Positions 28,328-40,172 of a stretch of 64,000 nucleotides of DNA are shown here, in pieces. Both the position numbers and the translations under genes were made by a program. Location of the stretch: contig NC_068990.1 of NCBI RefSeq assembly GCF_001194135.2, positions 4,502,559-4,566,558 of the forward strand. Reading direction: 5' to 3'. Source of the stretch: Octopus bimaculoides (taxonomy: Eukaryota). Numbering within the stretch: the stretch's first letter is position 1; every line of letters starts with the position of its first letter. The notes under the pieces are model-generated. The model ran no database searches. It had not been told where the DNA came from and saw only the letters and a list, made by a program, of their open reading frames with translations.

Positions 28328-28700
28328 ATATGGGTACAGGATGTCACAAAACGTAAATAACATGAAATACGAAGATAAACTTGGGTATGCGAACAACGAG
28401 AGAAACAAATGGAAAACAAGACAAGTAACGTAAAGAACGACCCTTCATCAGTCGTCGGCTGTCCACCTACTCCTCATTTTAAGCAATTAACGACAATATG
28501 AGGCTTTGAAAGGCAGTTACTCTCACGAACCAAAATAATAATTTGGGATTTGCAGAGGGTCAAAGTTGGTAATAAATACAGAACAGTGGAGACATACAAC
28601 AAACCAAACGAAAACAATCGTGGAGGACCGTTAGGCCAGACGAGGTAAAGTAGTGAACAGTGGAGGAATATTGTCTTTGATAGATGCCCTGTATCCATAT
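28328..28700. repeat. 373-bp repeat inserted in (TA)n/(CA)n with 13-bp inverted termini
   Basis: atatgggtacagg (28328-40) versus cctgtatccatat (28688-700), one mismatch; a second partial copy lies at 18373-18528. Confidence 0.7.
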
Positions 28701-28703
28701 ATG

Positions 28704-28763
<60 letters not shown>

Positions 28764-29948
28764 TATGTGTGTACATATATATATGTATATATACATATAT
28801 ATGTATGTATACACACACATGCATAATTGTCCTTTGGCATACCTGCTAGTTAAGGTTCTGCAAGTCATTGTATTTAGTGAAAATGTGTAAAAGAAGGGAG
28901 TTACAATTTCTATTGATCTTATCCATTAAAATAACAGCAAAATTTGAACAATTATTTATTGACAAGTGATAAAAATATATGATTGTAATACATACTTACA
29001 TCCATCCATCCATACATACCTACATCCATCCATCCATCCATACATACATACATACATACATATACATACATATGTACATAATATATATGTATACATACAT
29101 ATATATACAAATTTATACACACACACACATAATACATACATGTACACACACATGTGTGTGTATGCATGTATTCATGTTCCTGCTGACATCAGTGTAAGAA
29201 GCATTTTGCTGTTCACGTTGTGTCACTGTGTCCCCTAACAAATGACTTGACAAAAAGAAATCGATTAAATGAGTACAAGCCTGGAATAAGTAATGTAGTT
29301 GATATCATTGGCTTAAACCATTCATAACTAATGTAGGCAAAATAGTCTTCCAGCATGCATTTATGTACGATGTGTGTTTTGATCTTATTGTGAGATCCTA
29401 TATTAGCACTCATATTTCCTTTGATTCCTTTAGTGGTTCCAGTAATTGTTTTGCAGTTTTTACCAAACCTTTTCCACTTTGAAGTGAATTTAATATTGTA
29501 ATTTCCATTTTTTTTTTTCTATCAGAAACTATTATTCAATCTTGAAAATATTTAACAAAATATAAGAAAATAACTGACAGGTGCTACTCTAGCACATAGT
29601 CTAGCTCACTCTCAGTCAATTAAAATGGAAGTAAAATGAAAGGAAAATGGAAAACCAAAATGGAAATGCATGGTATTTAGCTGATGTACGTAAACAAAAA
29701 GAAGAAAAAGCCCAAAGTAAAAAAGCAAAACTGTGCAAACTGAGGGACAGTTGTGTGTGAACATGTGTGGTATGTGTAAGTATGTGCATATATATATAAA
29801 TGTGTGTGTGTTATGTATGTATATATATACATATATATATTTTGATATCTTGCTTCGGTATAGCAAGACTAATAACCTGGTATAGAACTCAATATACATA
29901 TGGTCCAAAACACAATGTATATACACACACACATATATGCATACATAC

Positions 29949-29993
<45 letters not shown>

Positions 29994-30003
29994 NNNNNNN
30001 NNN

Positions 30004-30053
<50 letters not shown>

Positions 30054-30196
30054 GAGTGGTAAAAGGAACAAAAAGGGACTCAACTAACAGTTAACAATAT
30101 CTTATAGCAGAAATAACTGTAAGCTAATGAAGTTCGTTACATAACTTTTGTTTTTTCTGGTATCATTCTTTTGTTCTTATTACCACTTTATGCTCA

Positions 30197-30274
<78 letters not shown>

Positions 30275-30279
<5 letters not shown>

Positions 30280-30675
30280 TTTTTTATTTTTACTTGTTTC
30301 AGTCATTTGGCTGTGGTTTTGTTGGGGGCATTGCTTTGAAGGGTCTTCATTCAACCCCATGACTTTTTTTAAGCCTATAACTTATTCTATCAGCAAATTT
30401 ATTGAACTGCTAAGTTACAGGGATGTAAACACACCAACACTAGTTGTCAAGCAGTGGTGAGGGGACAAACACAGACACAAACACACACACCCTCACACAC
30501 GTATATGACAGGCTTCTTTCAGTTTCTGTCAACCTATTCCACTGACAAGGCTTTGGTTGACTCAAAACTATAGTAGAAGGCACTTGCCCAAGGTGCCATG
30601 CTGAACCTGGCACCATGTGGTTTGGAAGCAAGCCTCTTACCACAAAGCTTCTTACCACACAACCACATTTGTGCC

Positions 30676-30676
<1 letters not shown>
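30275..30676 (-). mobile_element. tRNA-derived SINE, full length
   Basis: tacttgtttcagtcattt...gcacttgcccaaggtgccatgctgaacctgg...cttaccacac; homologous to 47322-47713 and 51512-51890. Confidence 0.85.
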
Positions 30677-30716
<40 letters not shown>

Positions 30717-30749
30717 ATGCACATATGTGTGTGTGTGTATGTAGATATG

Positions 30750-30791
<42 letters not shown>

Positions 30792-31399
30792 GGGAGAGAG
30801 AATAAGAATTGTCAAAATGGCATATAATTGTCACAGACATTTAGTGCTCAGGCAAGACTAGATGCATAGGATCTAATGATAAATGAAGAGAAACGGAATC
30901 CAGACAAACATGAGTTAGCAATATATTTTGATGCCATTAACGACTGTCTATCCATTTTTTATGTTTAATCTATATGAATTAAATCAAATAATGCTTTAAC
31001 TATAAGTAAAACTATTCTCTTCTTACTTGTATTAAAGAAAATGATGTCTGCTAACCATGCTGTTGAAAAAAAGCCGATTGAGTTATATGAAATATCTATT
31101 AAGAGTTTCCCTAACATTGGCATGTCTTTTAAATCTGGGGAAATTTACTGAAATATTTTTATGTTCTGTTTTGTCATTTCCTTATCCATGGTGCTATCAC
31201 TGCTGCCATCTACATTGTCATTGTCATCATCAGGCAGGATGATGAAATGGCAGAAACAACAATCATTGGATTAATTGCCTTGTAATACTTGGTTTCCTTC
31301 CTCTATATCCTGAATTCAAATTAATGAGAATAAAAATAGTTTTTACAATTGTTCTTAGATAATCATATCTGACTGTAGCCACCTATGACCTTCAGCATA

Positions 31400-31780
31400 T
31401 GTTCAACTACGATCACCATCTACAACAGTACCAATTTCACTTTGGCACAATTGTTTTGACAATTTCATTAATTTCGGCTGGACATTTCATACTACCTACA
31501 GTTAACCAATTTAACAGGCAGTAGTCAAGGACCTAGCACACACTGTTGAACACATACTCTCAAAATCAAGAGACCAGAAGTCAACCACATAATTACCGCC
31601 AAACGTTTGTAATATACCCGACTACAAGAAAACTCTGAATAGGAAACATCCAAGATGTAATTCTCAAGAAGAATACTCTATTAAAAAAGTCACTTGAAAG
31701 GTATATTAGATGAAAACCATGCCTTTTTTTGATGGAAATAATGTGTTTACAAGACCAATCTAAATCAATAATCAATCACA
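31400..31780 (+). mobile_element. Possible Penelope-like element RT-thumb/linker remnant
   Basis: Frame reads HNYRQTFVIYPTTRKL*IGNIQDVILKKNTLLKKSLERYIR*KP, loosely like the PLE linker YHP..I..IIxKNxxLL; stops present. Confidence 0.35.
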
Positions 31781-32024
31781 GAATGGGGATATGGCGTGTT
31801 AGCCAAATCCTTACATTGGGAGAACAAATCCATATGATTTACTCTACCAAACCACATATAAGATTAATGAGCTTGTGTTTAGCCACAAATCATCAAGGAA
31901 TTTATTGTTTAGCTTAGTCGTATTAGTCAGCCATTACCATGAATATTACAGCTAGAAGAATGAAGAAAACAGCCTCATTGTGATCTACTGTTTCGAAATG
32001 TTTTAGCTGCCTAATTAAGTTAAT

Positions 32025-32236
32025 TTAATCCTCTGTCAAATATAGCGCGTATTTATTTACACTGTTTTTGACTAATCATGCATTTACCTCATAGTTTCGA
32101 AATTTTGATGATGAGATTGTTTATTTTTGGAATGACATTGTCAGATAGGTGTAAGAGGCCAGATCCAACCAGTTTGAACATAAAATAGGTAGAATATTTG
32201 TGCTGGATATGGTTGGTTATAATGCTAAAAGACTAA
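32025..32236 (-). mobile_element. TTAA-type (piggyBac-like) MITE, degenerate copy
   Basis: Reverse complement is homologous to 39956-40172. Confidence 0.55.
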
Positions 32237-32489
32237 CAAGCGAAAAGAAGAAAACAGTGAAGTAATGTTAGTAATATTGGTACAACCACTTGGAGTTGTT
32301 TGAAAGTTATACTGAGGAAGATATTTCAAAATATGAAGATTTCTTAGGCATTTTGATCATATCATCTAAACCTGTTAATTAGTATGGCAAAATTTACAAG
32401 TCATAATCTTTTAGAATAAGTAATCATATGATTTCAATATGATTCATAATAATATACCTTGACTGAACATGCAAAATAGAAAACCAGTT

Positions 32490-33041
32490 TCAGCATGATC
32501 TTTGAACTTTGGGCTTCACAGAGGCAATGGTTTGTGACTGAGACTTTTGGCAATATGCTGTGCCTGGGGAGATTGGTCAGGTCAAGTGAAATCATAATCA
32601 CGGCCGATGCTGGCATCACGTAACTGGCACTCATGCCGGTGGAATGTAAAAAGCATCTTTCGAGTGTTGGGCCTCAAGGAGGCAAAGTGGCTGATGCTGG
32701 CGGCAGGTGAAAAGCTCCTTTCAAGTGTTGGGCCTTATGGAGGCAATGACAAATGACCAAGACCTTTGGCATTATGTCATGCTTGAGAAGAAGACCCATC
32801 AAACTGAGCAAAATCACAGTCAAGGCAGATACTGGTGTCATGCAAATGGCTCCCATACTGGTGGCATGTAAAAATACCCATTATACTCTCAGAGTGGTTG
32901 GTGTTAGAAAGGGCACCCAGCTGTAGAATCCATGCCAAATCAGAGTGGAGTCTGGTGCAGCCTTCCAGCTTGCCGACCCTGGTTAAACCATCCAGTCCAT
33001 GTCAACATGGACAACTGATGTTAAATGATGACGATGATGAT
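32490..33041 (+). mobile_element. RTE LINE 3' end and UTR
   Basis: gatctttgaactttgggcttcacagaggcaatg (DLxTLGFTEAM), duplicated UTR blocks and a (GAT)n tail. Confidence 0.75.
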
Positions 33042-33831
33042 TGTCAAATGTTAAGGTGATTGCAACTGAATGTTACTATGAATCTGTGATATTTATAATT
33101 CTACTAGCTGGCACCATGCAATCAAAAATGACGGCTAATTGTAGTATTTTATATATAAATAAGGTATAAAAAAAGGTACATAATAATCACGGATACAAAC
33201 ATTCACATACTTCCTTTGTACATGCACACACATATACTCAGAGTGGAAATGCTGTTTGATTTTTCTTTTCAGTGTTGAATGTTCACCATCCCATTTCCAT
33301 TGCACACACACACACACACAAACATTCACATACCTCCCTTTTACATACACACACATATACTCACACAGAGTTGAAATGCTAATTTTTTCGCCTCCTCCTT
33401 CATTATTCATCTATCACTCCTTTTTTCCTCATTCCTATGTTGTGATGGAGAAAAACAGAAGATACATGACGTGCCCTTTGCCACTTCCTTTCTCTCATTG
33501 TTATTGCTTTCTCTCACTACTTCTCCTTCTCTGAATTACTATTTTCTCTCCTCTGCCTTCACTTATACTACTATTTCTCCTACTCCGTGATTTTGGTCAT
33601 ATNNNNNNNNNNNNNNNNNNNNNNNNNNNNNNNNNNNNNNNNNNNNNNNNNNNNNNNNNNNNNNNNNNNNNNNNNNNNNNNNNNNNNNNNNNNNNNNNNN
33701 NNNNNNNNNNNNNNNNNNNNNNNNNNNNNNNNNNNNNNNNNNNNNNNNNNNNNNNNNNNNNNNNNNNNNNNNNNNNNNNNNNNNNNNNNNNNNNNNNNNN
33801 NNNNNNNNNNNNNNNNNNNNNNNNNNNNNNN

Positions 33832-33862
<31 letters not shown>

Positions 33863-35099
33863 AATATATAAAAGCACTATGCTTATTATTACATTAGGAG
33901 ATCATTTATACAATTATCTGCTTTTTAAGAAAAAAGAAACCAAATGAATATAAAGCAGTAAAGTAATATTATTAGTGATTTGTGATGTTAAAAAGGATAA
34001 CCATTGATAAATTAGTTTGAATTTATCTATCATATATTTTGTTCTCTTTGCTTCCTGTAGTTAGTTTTAGCTATGAAGTCAAAGTTATTGAATAGATCAA
34101 ATCTTCTCAGACCTGAGTCTCTCTGTCTAACTTTATTCTCCATATGGGCTCTGGAGCAAAAAAATTAGTAGTTTTGTATACAGCTCAAGAGTAATGACTG
34201 CTAATGGGCAGAATAAAACTAATAAGCAGAATGGAAAACTAATGGGCAGAATAAAAAAAAAAAAATTCAGGGGAATAACAATAATAGATTTACCTCTTGA
34301 CTACTGTATTTGTAAGGCAAACAGACAGAATTACAAAAAAATTCAGGAGAAAAACAATAATAGGCCTATCACTTGACTACCATATTTTTTCACCCAAATC
34401 CTCATCACTTTCACCAGTTTGATTGTCTGAATCACTCTCATTGTCTGCACAAGAGTAAACTTGTCATCCAAAGAATAAATATCCCCAATAATTTTCTCAT
34501 CTGCAAAGAGTTTAGGCCTTGCTCATTTACCAGATGAAATATTGGGCTCATCACATGCTTGTTTCATCACAGAAAACCCATTTGTTTTTCAATTAAAAAC
34601 GAAAGTAAACATCAATATGACACTCCATTAATAATGAGTTATAAACACACTTGCCTACAAAGCTACAATATGATCGTTTATCTATTTTTAGTATTTTATC
34701 TTCATTTTCTACATGTGTTGTTCCTTACTACATTAACGGAAATCCGGTAGAGAATACATTTAGGCTATTCTCACTATACTGAGAACACAGCACAATAGGG
34801 TTAAGATATTTACCTGAACAATGATGACATGATGTCAATGATAATAATAGTAGCTTTAGTAAGTTTTAATTTTCTCTCCAAATATAAAGGTAGCTGATTA
34901 TATTCTCTGTTAGTTCTTTCTGTATGCTTCTTTATGAGGCTCCTTTATCAATTTTATATCTATGCATTTTTATTTCCTTGGCAACTGGATTTGCATCTGT
35001 GAATAACTCATGACAGCTTTGTATTCAGCCATGAAGTTAGCATGCTTTTACTTCATATTCTTGTTATGTATTCAGGGAAATATTGATACACCATTCTTA

Positions 35100-35566
35100 G
35101 CAAGAACTTTATATTATATCAAATTGTTTGCAATCATGAATTAACATCATATTAAAATAATCCATTTTCCTCCACAATCGAGGAAAATTTTGCTGCAATT
35201 TAATATAGACAATGGATGTAAATTTTATCAGGCATGTTTGCTAAAGGATTAGCATGGGTAAAAAAGTCACATAGTCATGAACCATTTGATGCATCTTTGA
35301 GGTCATATGATAGTGGTGATATCTGTGATCTTATGGGTTTATTTATATTAAACACATTGAGATATAGATACTCAGCTCATGATATTGGCCTATACTGTAA
35401 TGACGGTTTAGGTATTTCCTATGGGTGTAATGGTCACGCCCTTGATAGATTTAGGAAGGAACTAATTGATCCAATTCAATTAGGACATAAAATCCCAGTA
35501 ACTACTAATCTCTGTATAGTTGATTATTTAGATGTTTCCCTAGATTTAAACTCCTCCTCAATGTGA
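35100..35566 (+). mobile_element. Penelope-like element reverse transcriptase remnant
   Basis: FDASLRSYDSGDICDLMGLFILNTL..DIGLYCNDGLGI...RKELI...IVDYLDVSLDL matches the PLE RT pattern FDVTMGSxDGAExCELVGLxIL..GLYRDDGL..xFLDVTLDL; the catalytic YRDD is decayed to YCND. Confidence 0.7.
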
Positions 35567-35956
35567 AGTGCAGCCTTTTTTAGACTTGCAACCATTACAT
35601 CTCATGACAGTTCAAAGGCCATGTATTTGCACTCCAAGAGGAAGGAATTGCTACAAATTAACTAATAAACAAAAGAGACAACAAAACCCTTGGTGTGCAA
35701 CTGAAAATGTTGATTATGCCACATTTCTGTGAAAGACATAAGATGTTATCAGTAGCTTCTTCAAAATGTCATAAGCATTCACTACCTCCCAATGCAACAT
35801 GACAATGCCTCCCAAAAAAAAAAGAAAAAGTAAGAAAATGACAGTCCTGGGATAAATACAGAGTACCTGTATTATTGAATACGTACATGATAGCCTGGAA
35901 AAAATGTTAAATGATGATATTGATGATGATGATGAGGATACATAAATATCAACATA

Positions 35957-36292
35957 AGGCACAGGCATGACTGTGTGGTAAGAAGTTATAGCCATGGGCT
36001 AACAGAGCCTTATGAGTGGATTTGGTAGATGGAAACTAAAAGAAGCCCATCGTATATACATTTGTATATATATTTGTGTGTCTGTGTTTTTTCCCCCACC
36101 ATCGTTTGACAACCAATGTTGGTGAGTTTATCTCTCCGTAACTTAGCAGTTTGGCAAAAGAAATTGATAGAATAAGTACCAGGCTATAAAAAAATAAAAG
36201 TACTGGGGTCGATACATTCGACTAGAAATTCTTCAATGTGGTGCCCCAGCATGGCTGTAGTCTGATGACTGAAACAATTAAATGGTAAAAGA
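35957..36292 (+). mobile_element. tRNA-derived SINE with internal deletion
   Basis: aggcacaggcatgactgtgtggtaagaag...gtggatttggtagatggaaactaaaagaagccc...ccagcatggctgtagtctgatgactgaaac. Confidence 0.75.
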
Positions 36293-36294
36293 TA

Positions 36295-36776
36295 AGAAAT
36301 ATTGCTGGAACATTCCCATCGACACTTATACCTGGATGACAACCTGGATATAGTTGTTTGGGAAAGGTAATATAATGTATGTACCATCATAAAAGTCAAC
36401 TGCCCTGCTAATGTGAAGATGTCTTTGAAAATAAAAAAAAATAAAGATAGCCATAGATAACTGCTTCAAAGCTGCCATAATCTATACTTAGGTTATAAAT
36501 TCACAAATAATAATTGGTGCACTTGCTTTTATTACTAAATGTGTTAGTTACAACTTGAGAGAGCTAAGGTCTCCAAAACAGTTAGGGTTTTCAGAAAACC
36601 AGCCAATATGCACCTTACAAATACAGTCTGTAAGTGGAACAGTCAAAAGATGCAAGACTTTTTCTCAAGTTAAAAATATGACATTGATTTTGTTATCTAG
36701 ATTGCAACAATGGAGCTTTGTGTCTCCATTAGAAACCAGCGCCTTCCTTTTAGGAAGACTTCAAACGATTAATTAA
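36295..36776 (+). mobile_element. R4/Dong-like LINE 3' end (REL endonuclease plus 3' UTR)
   Basis: WNIP..DIVVW..CTIIKVNCPANV..IIGAL motifs; 3' UTR homologous to about 54340-54433. Confidence 0.7.
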
Positions 36777-38456
36777 CACAGAAGAGAGCATACACGCATG
36801 CATACACAAGCATACATATATACTTCCATACATACATTACATATGCACCTTATATAAACATCAATGGCCATCCTACAATAAGACCAATGGCACATCAACT
36901 TAGTCATTCCATATTAGAAATTTAAAAAAGAAACATGTTTCAAGCTTTCTGCTTAGGGTCCTTTTAATAAAAAGAAACATTAAATAAACAACAAAATGAA
37001 GGACAAATGCTTCTGGAATCTGACATCATATTTTTGTTATTGTTATGTCATTTGGAATGAAAGCTATTAATAGATTGATGTTTATAAGGTCAAAAGTAAA
37101 CTGACAATATGAATTCTGAACTTAGTTTGCCAGATTGAAATAAATATATAGAATTCTGTCAAAGTGAGATAATGGAATTTGAAGTTGTATAATAGTAAAA
37201 CTGAATATTTATATTTGCGTCATTAGATTTGATTTTTCTATTTAGAGCAATAACATTCAAATACAAAGAAAACAAACAACAGATAGATAGGATCAGAGAG
37301 GGAAAAGGTGACAAAAGTTGAGAGAAAGAAAAAGAGCAAGAGGGAGAGAATGAAACGAATTTTTTTTATTTCTTATAATCAAAACATCTGTAGAATGTGT
37401 GTAAAAACACATAGAATTTATTCCATGAAATGAACTTCCACCAGGAAATTAACTACTACTGTAAAATATCTGCAATCTACACATTGTAACATTAATTGCA
37501 TTACATGGATTGCAATAAACATAAAACTTTGTTGTAAAATCTCATACTCATAAGAATTAATTTAGTAACCAGCTTATTCAATGAATTAACAAACCTTTCT
37601 TTAAAATGCAAAAATTCATTAGAATCCTTGTCAAGTAAAGAGCAATAAAACCATGGGAGAAATACTTGGTCAAAACCAAATGACTAAAGTTTATATTCAC
37701 TAACTTTCAGATAACATATAACAACATGTTTGAATATTAAATTTTTCTGGCAATAAATTAATTTAAAAAAAAAATAGCTTGTAAGAAGTATGTGCTGTTT
37801 GAAAATGTTAACTGTGACAGGTATGATATTAAGTTTATTGAGATATTAAGGTAAATAAAAACAAATAAAAGTGCTGACTTGCTATCTCATTCAGAAATTT
37901 GCTCTACAGCCATGTTGTTCATGGTACTTTGGGCAAGTAGCAAGTATCTTTCTACTATAGTCTTAGGTTGACAAGTGTTTTGGGAATGGAAATAGATGGG
38001 AAAACTATGAGGAGCCCTCTGTGTGTATGCATTTTTTGTGAGTGTGTGTGTGTGCATATATATATATGATTCATTCATTTTTATGTCTATTTTTCCAGGC
38101 TAGCATGGGTTAGACAAATATATTTATTGAAGCATTGCTTTACAGCTCAATGCCTTTCCTGTTGCTAACCCTTGTCTCCTTTCTACATAGAGAATGTTGT
38201 ATTCTGCACATTAGTGAAAGTGCAATGCTAGCAGACAAACTTTTAAGAGGGAATAATGATGACAATTTCCCACCCTAAGTAATTTTCAAGGGACCATAAA
38301 TGTGAACATGATGTTGACAAAACACATTTACACATATGTACATGCATGCACATACAATGGACTTCCTTTAGTTTCTGTCAATCAAATGCATTCAGAAGGC
38401 TTTGGTCAACCCAGGGTTATAATAAAAGAGATTTGTCCAAAGTGTGTATAAGAATA

Positions 38457-38830
38457 TCATCATCATCATCATCATTTAACATCCGCTTTCCATGCTGGCA
38501 CATGTCAGACAGTTTGACTGAGGGCTGGTGAGCCAGAAGGCTGGCGAGCCAGAAGGCTGCACCAGTCTCCAGTCTGATTCGGCAAAGTTTCTACAGCTGG
38601 ATGCCCTTCCTAACGCCAACCACTCCGAAAGTGTAGTGGGTGCTTTTATATGCCACTGGCATGAGGGCCAGTCAGGCGGTACTGGCATCAGCCATGCTCA
38701 AATGGTGCTTTTTACATGCCACCTGCATAGGAGCCAGTCCAGTGGCACTGGCAATGATCATGCTTGAATGCTGCTTTAACCTTCCACTGGCATGGGTGCC
38801 AATCAGGCGGTACTGTCATCAGCCACAACA
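38457..38830 (-). mobile_element. RTE LINE 3' UTR, reverse orientation
   Basis: (ATC)n then tttaacatccgctttccatgctgg...ggatgcccttcctaacgccaaccactcc. Confidence 0.8.
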
Positions 38831-38836
38831 GTAATG

Positions 38837-38875
<39 letters not shown>

Positions 38876-39955
38876 GTATACTTTCATGTGTGTGTGTGCA
38901 TGCGTGTTTTGTTTACATTTGCAGTTCCCTGAAAATTCTGTGTAAAACACACACACACAAATTGCCAATGTATATTGACAAAATATATATTGTTGGAAAA
39001 CCAATAACCTGGTGCTTCTGAATGAAATTCTCCATGATATTTGTGTTCTATTTGAGTTGCATAGGCAACACCTTACTGTACTTAACTATTGGAAACTTAT
39101 TACTAATGATGCTACTATTCCCTAAACACTGTACATATAAATTGATGTTCACTCTCTTCACAAATTCCATTCAATACCGTTTAGACTAGGATCAGCCCTG
39201 ATCCAGCAAATCTATGATCACAGCTATTTCAGCCATGACCATCCTGACTTACATTAGAGACTACATTATCAAATATTTCCTTCAGCTTTTACCTTTTAAT
39301 TTTTCTTTTCCTTTGTAAGAATGGCAAGGTATGCTTTTAGAATCATTTGGCTGCAATTTCTAGCAACTCAACTCAAGTGATTCTGTATAGTATCTTCCAT
39401 TGACTTTGGTGCAAATATACGTAAATGGATTGTGAACAAACTATTTCACATTACATTACTAATAAAATGGATAAGAAAAAACTTTTAATAACATAGATGT
39501 AAATGAAAGAGGTAAGAATGTATGCAACAAAAATAACATGATGTCATGTATCATTATAGAACTTTTTTCCATGTATTCAGACAATGATTGAACTATTTTG
39601 GATATGAATTACCCCCACCCCATCTTACCCCAGCTATAACTATTTCACACCTGGTTATGTTTCTAATAATAGCTGAATAATGTTTGGCAACTGAGAAGTA
39701 AAGGGAAAGAACTTATTGATCTTTAGATAATAAAAAATTGAGTTGGCTTTTAACAAAATTGACTAAGTGGCATCAAAATGCCTTTTGATTAGCCATTTTG
39801 TTACCATAATTGTGTAGAAATACAATGTCGTAGTTTCAATTGATTTTTAGGATAATGAAGAGTTTAGGAAAATAACTTTGTCATTATTAATCTGGTGTTT
39901 CAAACTTAAATTAACATGAAATTTTGATGGATGGTTTTAGTTAAGATTATTTTAA

Positions 39956-40172
39956 CCCTTTTGCATTTAAATCAGCCAGATCAGGCCAAAGATTCTTTCT
40001 GTTTATGTTCAAACTGGCCAGATCTAGCCTCTTACACATACCCTAAAATGTCAGTCTAAAAGTAAACAATCACATTATCAAAATCTCAAACCTATGAGAT
40101 AATCCTTGGTTAATTTATAAAATGTGAATAAATAAGCACTATATTTGACAGAGTAATTTCAATGTTAAAGGA
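39956..40172 (+). mobile_element. TTAA-flanked piggyBac-type MITE
   Basis: TTAA(39952-55)-ccctttgcat ... atgttaaagga-TTAA(40173-76); short imperfect TIRs; second copy at about 32025-32236. Confidence 0.7.
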
